From an uncultured delta proteobacterium (GTDB lineage Bacteria > Desulfobacterota > Binatia > Binatales > Binataceae), in assembly GCA_963743865.1 (NCBI GenBank), contig CAVURG010000006.1, positions 163,188-227,187 of the forward strand: a stretch of 64,000 nt of DNA, read 5' to 3'. A model generated the notes under the pieces. The model ran no database searches and was not told where the DNA came from. It saw nothing but the letters and a program-made list of their open reading frames with translations. Position numbers and translations under genes: made by a program. Below are positions 29,337-39,797 of the stretch, piece after piece. Numbering within the stretch: position 1 is the stretch's first letter; every line of letters begins with the position of its first letter.

Positions 29337-30434
29337 GTGCGAATCCTTTACGCTGAGACGAGCGACTTTCTGCCCACCAGCGCGCACTTTCTGGAAGCGC
29401 TCGCGGCGATGGCGGAGCGCGGCGAATGCGAGTTCACGTTCTTCGATGAAGCCGGGTATCGCCGCCCGCAGCGTTCGATCGCGGGGCGAATCGTGCGGCG
29501 CCTGGCCGGCCACCCGGCCGGTTATCGCGCGCTCAACGCCGCGCTCATAGCCGAGGCGCGGCGCTTGCACCCCGATCTCGTGCTGATCGGCAAGGGCGCC
29601 TATTTCGCTCCCGCCACAATTGCCGCGGTTCGCACCGCGACGGGAGCATCGATGGTCAACTGGGCCACCGACGATCCTTTCAACCCGGCCAACAGCACCC
29701 GCGACCTGCTTGAATCGATCGCACTCTACGACCTCTACGTATGCACCAAGCGCGCGATAATGGACGACGCGCGGCGCGCGGGATGCGCCAACGTCGCCTA
29801 CCTCCGCTTCGGATACAAGCCGCAGGTGCATTTTCCCGAGGCGCCCGCGACCGATGACGAGGCGCGGCGCTTCGAATCCGACGTGACATTTATCGGCGGC
29901 GGGGACGATGACCGCGCTCCATACTTCGAGACGATCGTCCGCGCGATCCCGGAGCTTCGCCTGCATCTGCACGGCGGTTACTGGAATCGCTATCCGAAGC
30001 TGCGCCCATATTGGCGCGGCAGCGCAACCGGGCGCGATTTCCGTCTCGCGGTCGGCGGCGCAAAAATTTCGGTCAATCTGGTGAGGCGCGCGAATCGGGA
30101 CGATCACGTAATGCGCACCTTTGAAATTCCCGCGTGCGGCGGCTTCATGCTCACGGAGAGATCCGCCACCCACGATGAATTATTTTCCGAAGACAAGGAA
30201 GCGGCGTTTTTCAACTCGCCCGATGAACTGGTCGCCAAGGTCCGCAGTTATCTTGGGCGCGATGAAGATAGAGTCAGGATTGCCGCCGCGGGGCATCGCA
30301 AAATCACTCAGGGGCGGCATACCTACGACGATCGGCTGGCGGAAATTATCCAGGCTGCGCGATCGGTGAAAGGATTGCAGAGGCCGGCGACGGTTGGCGC
30401 CGCGCAAACCAATGAGATCGAATCGAATGGCTGA
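29337..30434 (+). CDS. CgeB/DUF3880-type glycosyltransferase (Glyco_trans_1_2)
   Basis: GTG start after GGAG; VNWATDDP; AKISVN; HVMRTFEIPACGGFML; HTYDDR. Confidence 0.85.
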   Translation: MRILYAETSDFLPTSAHFLEALAAMAERGECEFTFFDEAGYRRPQRSIAGRIVRRLAGHPAGYRALNAALIAEARRLHPDLVLIGKGAYFAPATIAAVRTATGASMVNWATDDPFNPANSTRDLLESIALYDLYVCTKRAIMDDARRAGCANVAYLRFGYKPQVHFPEAPATDDEARRFESDVTFIGGGDDDRAPYFETIVRAIPELRLHLHGGYWNRYPKLRPYWRGSATGRDFRLAVGGAKISVNLVRRANRDDHVMRTFEIPACGGFMLTERSATHDELFSEDKEAAFFNSPDELVAKVRSYLGRDEDRVRIAAAGHRKITQGRHTYDDRLAEIIQAARSVKGLQRPATVGAAQTNEIESNG

Positions 30435-30435
30435 A
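30418..30435 (+). repeat. 18-bp direct repeat, copy 1 (TCGAATCGAATGGCTGAA)
   Basis: Identical to 31409-31426; contains overlapping ATG start and TGA stop. Confidence 0.9.
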
Positions 30436-31425
30436 GCCTTCAAGCAACCTATGGCGCAATTGTCAGTAGGGAGCGATTGTCCAATCTGCATGAGTCCGCG
30501 AGCGCTTCAACTAGCTCATCGCTTTGAAGAAGACCCATATTATGTCGTGACGTTGTAAGGCATGCTGCGTCGAGACGATCCTGCCTCATCCTACAAGCAG
30601 GCTTTTGAAGGAATTCTATTCCGACTACCACAATACTCGAACCGCCGAAGAGCAAATGCCGCTTCTCATCGGGCGATCCGTTGAATTGCTCGAAGTGTTG
30701 CTAAGTCATCTGCCTCTTGCTCCAGGACGAAAGCCGTTGCGATACATGGAAGTGGGATTCGGCAACGGAGCGAGTCTGCTGGCCGCGGCTCAACTGGGTA
30801 TGGAGGCTGTTGGCTTTGATTTGGATCCGAGCAACGTACGGGAAGTTACCCAACGGGCTCAGTCCAGAGGTCTCAGTGTGCAGCTCCGATGCGGCGATAT
30901 CGGTGAGGCTATCGAGGGAACGGAACCGGTCGACTTCGTCAAGGCTTCGCAGTTGATCGAACACCTCATCGATCCTGTTAGTTTTGTCCGATCAATCTCA
31001 AAGGTAATGACGCCCAGGGGGTATCTTTACCTCGAATGTCCGAACAACAACGCGGCGTTTCTTCGAATCAAGAATCGACTCCGAAAACGATTCGCGCGAA
31101 TGAATTTCTACAATTCCCTCAAGATCGGCAAGCATCTCTGGGGTTTCAGCCAGTCTGGCATGAACCGGCTGTTGCGGCTTTCAGGCTATGAAGTGGTATT
31201 CTGCTCTAGCTATCCGCTTCGCCATCGCTATTTCCAGCCGGAAAATCTCTTTTGGTATCCAAGTGTGCGGTCCGGCGTGGCCGAAGCATTTCGAGTCGGC
31301 AAGCGTTTCCTCTTTTGAAGTCGATGATTCCTGTCTTCGACGGCTTGGCGTCTTTCGCGCTTTCGGAAGGAATAGGACTCGCAACGCTGGCGCGAAAGCA
31401 GGATGAAGTCGAATCGAATGGCTGA
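30427..31425 (+). CDS. class I SAM methyltransferase with N-terminal CxxC..CxxC Zn ribbon; frameshifts at ~30551 and ~31315
   Basis: MAEAF..CPIC + RCKAC joins ORF 30605..31318 (MEVGFGNG, SQLIEHLIDP, LYLECPN) after a 1-bp correction. A second shift continues LKSMIP...QDEVESNG*. Visibly AT-richer than neighbours. Confidence 0.75.
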
Positions 31426-31426
31426 A
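31409..31426 (+). repeat. 18-bp direct repeat, copy 2
   Basis: Identical to 30418-30435. Confidence 0.9.
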
Positions 31427-32948
31427 CAGTTCGAATCCGCGCCGCTGCGTCCGCCGGATGACGAGTGGTATGCGCGAATCACCACGCCGAGGCCGGGGTC
31501 CGCCAGTCTGGGCAAGGCGCTGAAGCTGTTGGCGGCGGTCGCAATCGCGTTGATCGCTCTGAACCTCTACGCTCCCGCTTCGCCGACGATCCTCGAGCGA
31601 GTATTCGCGTCCGCGATACTGGCCTCGCTCGCGCTTCCGGTCTGGCTATGGATGTCAGGCGCGGATCGAACGATTCCGTTCATGCCATTCCTGACGCTGA
31701 TGTTCGCCTATTACTACGCGCTGCCGGTTTTCCTGTTGCACCGATATGCCACCGGACTGTTCAAGCCGCCTGTTGCCGAACATTTCATCACACTCGCGCT
31801 CGGATACTCACTACTCGGTCTCTACTGCATGTTTGCCGGATACTATGGACCGGCGAGATGGCTATTCGCACCGATACTACCGCGATTCAACTTGCAATGG
31901 CGCGACGAGCGAGTAGTGAGGCTGGTCGCGCTGATGCTGGGAGTCGGGGGATTGTTCATGTCCTCCTCGCAGTGCCGCGTTTCTGCCCGAGAGTCTGGCC
32001 CAGATCGGCGTATTCGCGGCTGACTTATCGATGGTTGGAATCTGCACGCTGGTCGCGCTTCAGTTGGCGGGAAGACTGGATCGGATCACATCGGTGTTCG
32101 TCTGGGGGTTTCTGATTCCGGTCAGAATCGCAATCGGCCTGGGCAGCGGCTCGGCCGGGGGCCGTCTGATGGTCGGCGTCGCCGTCGCAATGATTTTCGC
32201 TTCCGTGCGCCGATCGATCCCATGGAAGACGCTGACTGCTGGGCACTATCGTGGCGGTGTTCATCATCCGGCCCGCAGAGGTGCCGTATCGCGCGGCGAC
32301 CTGGGGCGGAAGATTATCGGATGCGGGCGCGATCGAGAAAGCCCGCCTGTACGGAGATATTCTTTACCGCATCACGATCGGCGGGGCGGTGGAGCCGCAA
32401 GTGCTGATCGAATTCGGAAGCCTGCGCCTGGCGCAATTCACAACGTTCGGCGAAGTAATCGCGGACACGCCCGCAATGGTGCCTTTTTGGGGGGGCGAGT
32501 CTTACTATCCGATCCTGTTCAAACCGATTCCGCGCGTCGTCTGGCCGGACAAACCGGAAGAGTTGAGCGGACAAACGTTTGGCCATCGCTACGCCTTGAT
32601 CTCCGCCGGGAACACTGACACTTCGATCAATCTTCCGCAGCTAGTCGAGTTGTATGCGGAACTTCGGACTCACCGGAGTGATCGCGGGGATGTTCATATT
32701 CGGGTTGATCTACCGGCTGCTGATCGAGATGTACGTTCATCCCGGAATGGGGCTCGGCGCTCTGGTTGGCGCCGTTTACGTTTCGTCGAAGTTGCTTGAT
32801 GTCGGCTCCGCCGCCTCGATGGTTTTCGGAGGGATCCCATGGAGCCATCATCTTCATCGCGCTGATTCACCTGTTCATCCAATTCGCAGAGGTTGACGCG
32901 ATGGCGCTGGGGCAGCTTGGCTTCGAAAAAGGAGTCCGCCGTATCTGA
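31418..32948 (+). CDS. Wzy-like polysaccharide polymerase (multi-TM), about 4 frameshifts
   Basis: Fragments 31403..32023, 32031.., 32251..32799, 32654..32896 and 32766..32948 join into a polytopic protein with IPRVVWPDKP and ELYA-NFGLTG motifs typical of Wzy. Confidence 0.68.
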
Positions 32949-33002
32949 TCCAGTCACAATTCAACGCGAATATTACCGGCGCACCGCGTCGCAATATGAC
33001 GA
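32945..33002 (+). repeat. 58-bp direct repeat, copy 1 (copy of the 5' end of the 34472 methyltransferase)
   Basis: CTGATCCAGTCACAATTCAACGCGAATATTACCGGCGCACCGCGTCGCAATATGACGA, identical to 34479-34536. Confidence 0.92.
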
Positions 33003-34419
33003 GCTGCGCCTTGTGCAGCCCGCCGCCTGATCGCGGGCCGGCGATCGTGTTCCGCGCGACGCTGGCGCTAACGCTCGCCAACGCGCTCTGGTTCATCTGG
33101 TCAAACCGGTTCATCCCGATGTCGGACTATCCCGACTGGGTATACCAGGGGTGGATACTTTCGGGCATCCTGCGCGGTGCCGCCCATCCGCTGTATCACT
33201 TCAGATCGTATCCTCCAACGCACGCCGCAGTCACAATAGCCACCGCTCTTCTCGACTACGGCTTCGGTGCAGAGACCTCGGCAAAGCTGGTGTTGTCAAG
33301 CGCGGTCTGCGCATTCGCGATTGGCAGCACCTACCTTCTGAAAGCGTGTGGGGCCTCCGAGCGGCACCCGCTTCTGTATGTGCCGCTGCTGTTCATCTTC
33401 GACACTTGGTTCTTCACCGGCGAGATTGATTATTATCTCGCCTTGACGGGGTTCTTCTTTCTGGCGGGATATCTGCTGCGGCGCGCGGACTCGCCCGGTC
33501 GAATTAACCCGCTGGTCGTGCTCGTGGGTCTTCTGGCGATTTTTGTGGCGCATTTGATCGTCTACCTGGCGTGCGGCGCTGTTTGTATCGCGATAGTTCT
33601 TGCGCATCCAAGCCCGGTCAAGGCGCGCCGACTCCTGCTGCCGGCGCTGGCCTCGGTGCCGATCCTCGCATGGTATGTGCTGGGCCGGGCGACGTCTCAT
33701 GACTTGGGCACTCAGCCGCTTTTGGTGCCCTGGACGGCCCGCCAGCTCGCCAGCAACTTCATCGATGCGTTCTCGCTGTTTCACGCGTTTGCGCCGTGGC
33801 TCAGTCCGCACTCGAAGTTGATGCACCTAGCGGCTATGTGCAACTTGATCAGCGATGGCGGCATCTTTACTCTCTTTTGCGTGTGCGCGGTGATGTGGTT
33901 CAGGGGTACTCGTGATGATGCCGCGCCCCTGCTCGCAGCCCTGTTGTGCCTGATCGGATACGTCGCAGGAGGCTATGCGATCGCCGGTGTGTTCGGCGCG
34001 GAACGCCTGACCTACCCGGCTGCATGGCTGGTCCTTGCATGGCTGGCTGGAAATTGGACTCCCGCGCGAGAGTCTGCCCGCCTCGTAGCCATCTGTGTGA
34101 TTGGCGCCGTGCTAGCTATTCAGTGCGTTTACGTCGATCATGCCGTGGGACAAGTGTGCGACCGCTTGGCCCAAACCTCGCCGATCGCCTCGCGCAAGCG
34201 CCGTCGCGCAAGGACCTCTGTTCGATATACGAGCCTTACTTCCAGCAAAGCTGGGGCGGCCAACACCGTAGCGGCTGGGAGCGCTTCGTTCCGGACCACG
34301 CCAGTGTCATTCGCCTGCCGTATTATCTCTATATAGAGCGGGGAGAGGCGGCCCCTATTTTTGAAGCAGGGATCTTCAATTATTCGGGGCGTGGAGATAA
34401 CAACGACCTGTGCAGGTAG
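32996..34419 (+). CDS. polytopic membrane protein, GT-C-like; one frameshift ~34175
   Basis: About 11 TM segments; PMSDYPDW acidic motif after TM1; soluble C-terminus continues in ORF 33946..34419. Confidence 0.6.
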
Positions 34420-34471
34420 CCTGTTCGCGCTTGCCGTCGCGCAAGGCGCAATTGCGAGGGGAAGCGAATAG

Positions 34472-35188
34472 ATGACGGCTGATCCAGTCACAATTCAACG
34501 CGAATATTACCGGCGCACCGCGTCGCAATATGACGACCGGCACGTGCACTCGGATGGTGAGCATACGTTCGCGCTGTGGTTCATGGTGTCGATGATCCGT
34601 TACTTGGAGTGCCGCTCAGTGCTGGACATTGGCTCTGGAACCGGGCGCGCGCTGATAATGCTCAAGAAAGAGATGCCCGGGATTCGAATCTGCGGGATAG
34701 AGCCGTCACCTGAACTACGGGCCGCGGCGCAAGCGAAGGGCCTGGCGCCGCATGAGATAGTGGATGGCGACGCGCAGGCGCTCAAATATCCCGACGGTGA
34801 CTTCGACCTGGTGTGCGCCTTCGGCGCATTGCATCACATTCCGAAGCCCTCGCTTGCGGTCGGCGAGATGCTGCGGGTATCCAGGCGAGCGATCTTCATC
34901 TCGGACGCAAACAACTTCGGCCAGGGCTCGACGCCGGCGCGCGCTGTCAAACAGATCGCGAACTTCCTCGGACTATGGCCGTTGCTCGATTTCATCAAGT
35001 CGCGGGGTAAGGGCTATCGCCTCTCGGAAGGGGACGGTCTTTCATACTCCTATTCTGTATTCAACGATTACGCGCAGGTCCTGCGCGCCTGCGCGTCCGT
35101 CCATCTATTGAACACGACGGCAGCGGGCGTGAATCCGTATCGGACCGCATCGCATGTCGCGCTGCTCGGCATCAAATCAGGATCGTAA
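34472..35188 (+). CDS. class I SAM methyltransferase
   Basis: SVLDIGSGTG, GIEPS, DGDAQALKYPDGDFDLVCAFGALHHI. Confidence 0.88.
   Translation: MTADPVTIQREYYRRTASQYDDRHVHSDGEHTFALWFMVSMIRYLECRSVLDIGSGTGRALIMLKKEMPGIRICGIEPSPELRAAAQAKGLAPHEIVDGDAQALKYPDGDFDLVCAFGALHHIPKPSLAVGEMLRVSRRAIFISDANNFGQGSTPARAVKQIANFLGLWPLLDFIKSRGKGYRLSEGDGLSYSYSVFNDYAQVLRACASVHLLNTTAAGVNPYRTASHVALLGIKSGS
34479..34536 (+). repeat. 58-bp direct repeat, copy 2
   Basis: Identical to 32945-33002. Confidence 0.92.
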
Positions 35189-35190
35189 GG

Positions 35191-36448
35191 GTGATTTTTT
35201 CAGACGAAGACGCCGGCGCAATCCGCGTCCTGCACGTAAGTCCGTTCTTCGCACCAGCGTGGGTTTACGGCGGACTGGTCGAGTCGGCCTATCAGTTCGC
35301 CCGGCATCTGGCGCGCGCGGGAGCGGCGGTTCGGGTGCTGACCACGGACGCGAACGGATCGGGAAAGAAGCTGGACTCGGCGGCGAAGGCGCCGTACACG
35401 CGCGGCCAGGGATTCGAAGTTCGCTACTGCGCGCGAGTCGCGCGTCAGTCGGTATCGCTCGAGCTTCTCGGCGCGCTCGTCGAACAGGTGCGATGGGCCG
35501 ACGTGGTTCATCTGCACGCGGCGTACTCGTTTCCGACTATTCCAGCCTTACTCGTGGCGCGGATGCTGGAACGGCCGGTGGTATGGACTCCGCATGGCGC
35601 GCTGCAGCGCTGGAGCGGGTCGCGGCGAACCGCGGCTCAAGTCGCTGTGGGAGAAGGTGTGCAGCCTGGTTGCGCCGCGCGCCCTGGTGCTTCACCTGAC
35701 CTCGCAGAGCGAGGTCGAGGAAACTCGCGCACGGTTTCCGCGCGCCGCCATCGGACTGATTCCTAACGGAGTCGAGATTCCGCAATCGCTTCAGCGCGAG
35801 CCACGCGGCGCTGGGCTGCGGCTCGGATTTGTCGGCCGCCTCGATCCCAAGAAGGGAATTGAGAATCTGCTCGCCGCCTGTCGCATTCTGAAAGAGCGGG
35901 GCGGGCCGGTTTTTTCGCTCGCGATCGCGGGTTCGGGCTCGAGCGGCTACGAGGCAAAACTTCGCCGCGAGATCGATCGCCTCGATCTGTCCGGCGAGGT
36001 CGCACTTCTTGGCGACCTTCGCGGCGAGGAAAAACAGCGGATGTTCGAGCGGACCGACGTCGTCGTGGCGCCGTCGTTCACCGAGAATTTCGCGATAGTC
36101 GTAGCCGAAGCACTGGCGCACGGCGCCGCCGTGATTGCGAGCACCGGCACTCCGTGGAAAGAAGTCGAAAAGATGGGCTGCGGGCTGTGGGTCGGCAACG
36201 ATCCCGCGAGCCTGGCGGACGCAATCTCCACGGTAAGCACGATGCCCGTCGCAGAGATGGGTGAGCGCGGACGGCGGTGGATGGCGGCCGCCTTTTCGTG
36301 GGACAAATGCGCGCTGCAAATGCTGGCGCTCTACCAAGACCTGCTGGCTCGGCCCGGCGATCGGGATGCGCGCCGCCGCGCATCGGTGGTAAGCCGATGC
36401 GGCTCTCCGCGTGGTTGTGCGGATGGCGCGCCGCCACCGGGACGATGA
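35191..36448 (+). CDS. glycosyltransferase family 4; frameshift ~35630
   Basis: N-part RVLHVSP..YGG..., VWTPHG; C-part FVGRLDPKKGIENL, APSFTENFAIVVAEALAHG. The true C-terminus is uncertain. Confidence 0.85.
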
Positions 36449-37875
36449 CAACGTTCGCGCGACGCGAGTGGTTATTCATTGCGCTGGTGGCTGCGTTCTG
36501 CGCCATCTTTCTGCTCGAGTATCCGGCCTCGTTCGCAATCGCCGACGAGTGCGAGATCCTCTCGCTCGCCTACAGCATTGCGCACGGCACGGCTTATCCC
36601 GACCGTGCCGGACTGCTCACCTGGAACCCGTCGATGGAACTCGCGGTCGGCGGCCACCGCATCGTCAAGTACTCGCCGTTTCACGCGATGCTGCTGGCGC
36701 CGGCGGTTGCGAGCGACTGGCGGCTCGGTTTCCTGGTGAGCGCGGCGTTTTTCATCGTGGGCGCGTTTGCGGTGCGTGCGATGCTCCGCGACGCGGGACT
36801 CGCGACCGACTGGTGCATCCTGTATTTCCTGCTGCCCGGGATGCTCTACTACTCGGCCACGCTGATGGCCGCCGTTCCGAGCGCGGCGATGGGCGCAGTC
36901 GGAGTCGCTCTGCTGTGGCGCGAACGCGCGCGCCGCGTATCGGGAGCGCTCGCGCTCGGCGCCGCGGTCCTGCTGCATGAGTGGATGGCGGTATTTGCGA
37001 TCGCGTCGGCGGGAGCGTGGTGGCTGTCGCGGCCGCGCGCCCGGCGATGGTCCGACGCGGTGGCGCTCGCGGCGGGCGCCGCGCCGGCGATTATTGCGCT
37101 CGGAGCGTACAACTATGCCACCACGGCGTCGGCGCTGCGCGGAGGCTACGCGATCAACGGCGAGGCCTTCTGGTTTACCGGCGAGCACTTCGCGTCGTTC
37201 TTCCCGTTCTACGTCGCATCGATCGTGATTTTCCCGGTAGCCGGACTTGCAGCGCTTTCGCCGCGATGGTCGCGAGGTTGGCAAACGCCGGCCGCGGTGG
37301 CTGCCGTAGTGCTGGCGGCGTCGCTCTACGGTTATCGCGACGGCCTTACCAGCGGACTCACGCCGGCGATGGCGATGCTCGCGGGTGCGGTCCCCGGGCA
37401 ACGCTTTATCCTGCCGGCATCGGTAGTCGCGTGCGTGCCGGCGGTGCGATGGCTCGATCAGCGGCTCGGGCAACGGGGATTCGCCTGGACCACCGCGCGC
37501 CGGTGCGCGGCGCTCGCCGCCTTCGTGGCATGCTTCGGGGTGATGGCCACGCTCCACCAGGACTTCCTGCGCGCCAACGCTGCGGTGCAGACGGCGATCG
37601 CGCGCGCGGTTCCGGCCGGAGGACAAATCGTGGGCGCCGGCGAGGTGCTCAAGGAACTCGCGCCCGTGTACCGAAACGTCCGGCTGCGCCAGGTGGCTCC
37701 CGACGATCCCAATGTCGCGTCCGCCGCCGATTCATACCTGGTCTGGATGGGCGCGCCCGGCGCCGAGCCGCCGCCGGATTGGACGCGCGGCAGGACGACC
37801 GAACTGGTCCGTGCGCGGTCGTGGGCATGGAATCGCGATCTCTGGATCGCCTGGCCCCGCGCCGCCCACGCTTAG
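36397..37875 (+). CDS. polytopic membrane protein, GT-C-like
   Basis: IADECE acidic motif after TM1, about 12 TM segments, QRFILP motif, short soluble C-domain. Start is 36397 or 36445. Confidence 0.6.
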   Translation: MRLSAWLCGWRAATGTMTTFARREWLFIALVAAFCAIFLLEYPASFAIADECEILSLAYSIAHGTAYPDRAGLLTWNPSMELAVGGHRIVKYSPFHAMLLAPAVASDWRLGFLVSAAFFIVGAFAVRAMLRDAGLATDWCILYFLLPGMLYYSATLMAAVPSAAMGAVGVALLWRERARRVSGALALGAAVLLHEWMAVFAIASAGAWWLSRPRARRWSDAVALAAGAAPAIIALGAYNYATTASALRGGYAINGEAFWFTGEHFASFFPFYVASIVIFPVAGLAALSPRWSRGWQTPAAVAAVVLAASLYGYRDGLTSGLTPAMAMLAGAVPGQRFILPASVVACVPAVRWLDQRLGQRGFAWTTARRCAALAAFVACFGVMATLHQDFLRANAAVQTAIARAVPAGGQIVGAGEVLKELAPVYRNVRLRQVAPDDPNVASAADSYLVWMGAPGAEPPPDWTRGRTTELVRARSWAWNRDLWIAWPRAAHA

Positions 37876-37951
37876 CTCATCGGTTTGCGCACGGTGACGT
37901 ACGCGCAACAATTTGGAGAAATATAAGGCAAGAATCAGTTCGCGGGCATCA

Positions 37952-39703
37952 ATGTTAGTCGTAGGAATCAACGCATATCACGGCGACGCGAGCGCAGCCG
38001 CAATCGTGGACGGGATGCTGGTGGCAGCCGCGGAAGAGGAGCGCTTCAACCGCATCAAGCACGCCGCCGGCTTTCCGGCTGAGGCCTTGAAGTACGTGGT
38101 GTCTGCCGCCGGCGCATCGCCGCGCGACATCGACATCATTGCCGTCGCGCGCGATCCGTGGGCGCGAATCATGCGCAAGGCGTGGTACGCGCTGAAGATG
38201 CCGTCGGCTGCGCGCGACAGGCTGAGCGTGCAATCGCGCTTTGCCTCGATTGGCGCGGAGGCCGCGCGCGCGCTGGGCGCCGGCGGGAGTTCGATTCCGG
38301 TGCGCCGCGTCGAGCACCATCGCGCGCATCTCGCGAGTTCGTTTCTGGTCTCTCCGTTCGACCAGGCGGCGCTGCTGTCGATCGACGGGTTGGGCGACTT
38401 CGCCAGCGCGATGTGGGGCGTGGGGCGCGGCGGTACGATTTCGCCGATGGGCGTGGTGACATTTCCGCATTCGCTGGGAATCTTCTACACCGCGCTGACG
38501 CAGTACCTGGGGTTTCCGAAATACGGCGACGAATACAAGGTGATGGGGCTGGCGTCGTACGGGGAGCCGGAGATGCTCGAGGAGTTCCGCAAGATCGTGA
38601 TCGCGCCCGACGGCGGGCGCATGGATTTCATGCTCGCGCCGGAATATTTCACCCATCAGAGGTCGGGCGGTGAGATGACGTGGCGTGCAGGCGAGCCCAC
38701 GATCGGAAGGCTGTACTCGGACTTCCTGGTGACCCGGCTGGGCCCGGTGCGCGATCCGGCCGAGCCGGTGGACAAACGCCATATCGCGATCGCGGCGTCG
38801 ATGCAGCGGCGGCTCGAAGAAGTGATAATCGATCGGCTGCGAAACTTGCAGCGCGCGACCGGACTGAAAAAGCTCTGCCTTGCGGGCGGCGTTGCCTTCA
38901 ACTGCGTGGTCAACGGCAAGATCCTGGAGCAGACGGGCTTCGAGGACATCTATATACAGTCGGCGGCGGGCGATGCGGGCCTGGCGATAGGCGCGGCTTT
39001 CGACCAATGGCATTCGAGCCCGTCGCGGCCGCGCGAGTTCGTGATGGAGCATGCCAATTGGGGGCCCGAATTCAGCGCCGATAAGATCGCGGGATTACTC
39101 AGATCGCGCGAATCTGAAATAGCCAGTCAGGGCTGCGTGATTAGCAAGATCGAAGATGAAGACGAACTCTGCCGCGCCACTGCCGCGACGATCGCGGATG
39201 GGCAGGTCGTGGGATGGTTCCAGGGGCGGATGGAGTGGGGTCCGAGGGCGCTGGGCAATCGCAGTATCCTGGCCGACCCGCGCCGGGCCGGGATGCGCGA
39301 CATCCTGAATTCGAAAATCAAGCGCCGCGAAATGTTCCGGCCCTTTGCGCCTTCGATTCTGGAGGAAGCCGCCGCTGACTACTTCACGCAGTCCTATCCG
39401 TCACCATTCATGCTGATGGCATACTCAGTGCGGCCCGAGAAGCGCGCGGTAATTCCGGCCACGACCCACGTTGACGGAACGGGACGGCTGCAGACGGTGA
39501 GTGCGCGGCAGAACCCGCTATACCACAAGCTGATCCGCGAGTTCGGCCGCCAGACCGGAGTGCCGGTGCTGCTCAACACCTCATTTAACGAAAACGAACC
39601 GGTGGTTTGTCGCCCCGAACAGGCGCTCGATTGTTTCCTCAGAACGAAAATGGACCTGCTGGTGATGGGACAGTTCGCCGTTCGCCGCGGCGGCGGGAAC
39701 TAG
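37952..39703 (+). CDS. carbamoyltransferase (NodU/CmcH/TobZ family)
   Basis: GINAYHGDASAA, AEEERFNRIKH, VEHHRAH, IDGLGD, EYKVMGLASYG, AGGVAFNC, GWFQGRMEWGPRALGNRSILADP, THVDGTGRLQTV, LLNTSFN. Confidence 0.95.
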   Translation: MLVVGINAYHGDASAAAIVDGMLVAAAEEERFNRIKHAAGFPAEALKYVVSAAGASPRDIDIIAVARDPWARIMRKAWYALKMPSAARDRLSVQSRFASIGAEAARALGAGGSSIPVRRVEHHRAHLASSFLVSPFDQAALLSIDGLGDFASAMWGVGRGGTISPMGVVTFPHSLGIFYTALTQYLGFPKYGDEYKVMGLASYGEPEMLEEFRKIVIAPDGGRMDFMLAPEYFTHQRSGGEMTWRAGEPTIGRLYSDFLVTRLGPVRDPAEPVDKRHIAIAASMQRRLEEVIIDRLRNLQRATGLKKLCLAGGVAFNCVVNGKILEQTGFEDIYIQSAAGDAGLAIGAAFDQWHSSPSRPREFVMEHANWGPEFSADKIAGLLRSRESEIASQGCVISKIEDEDELCRATAATIADGQVVGWFQGRMEWGPRALGNRSILADPRRAGMRDILNSKIKRREMFRPFAPSILEEAAADYFTQSYPSPFMLMAYSVRPEKRAVIPATTHVDGTGRLQTVSARQNPLYHKLIREFGRQTGVPVLLNTSFNENEPVVCRPEQALDCFLRTKMDLLVMGQFAVRRGGGN

Positions 39704-39797
39704 CTATCGTCGCGGGCCGAAAGATGCGTATCATCATACCTATAACCGCAAGTCATGAAGCTGGATCAATCTTGCACACCCAGCATAGGAGCCGTTC

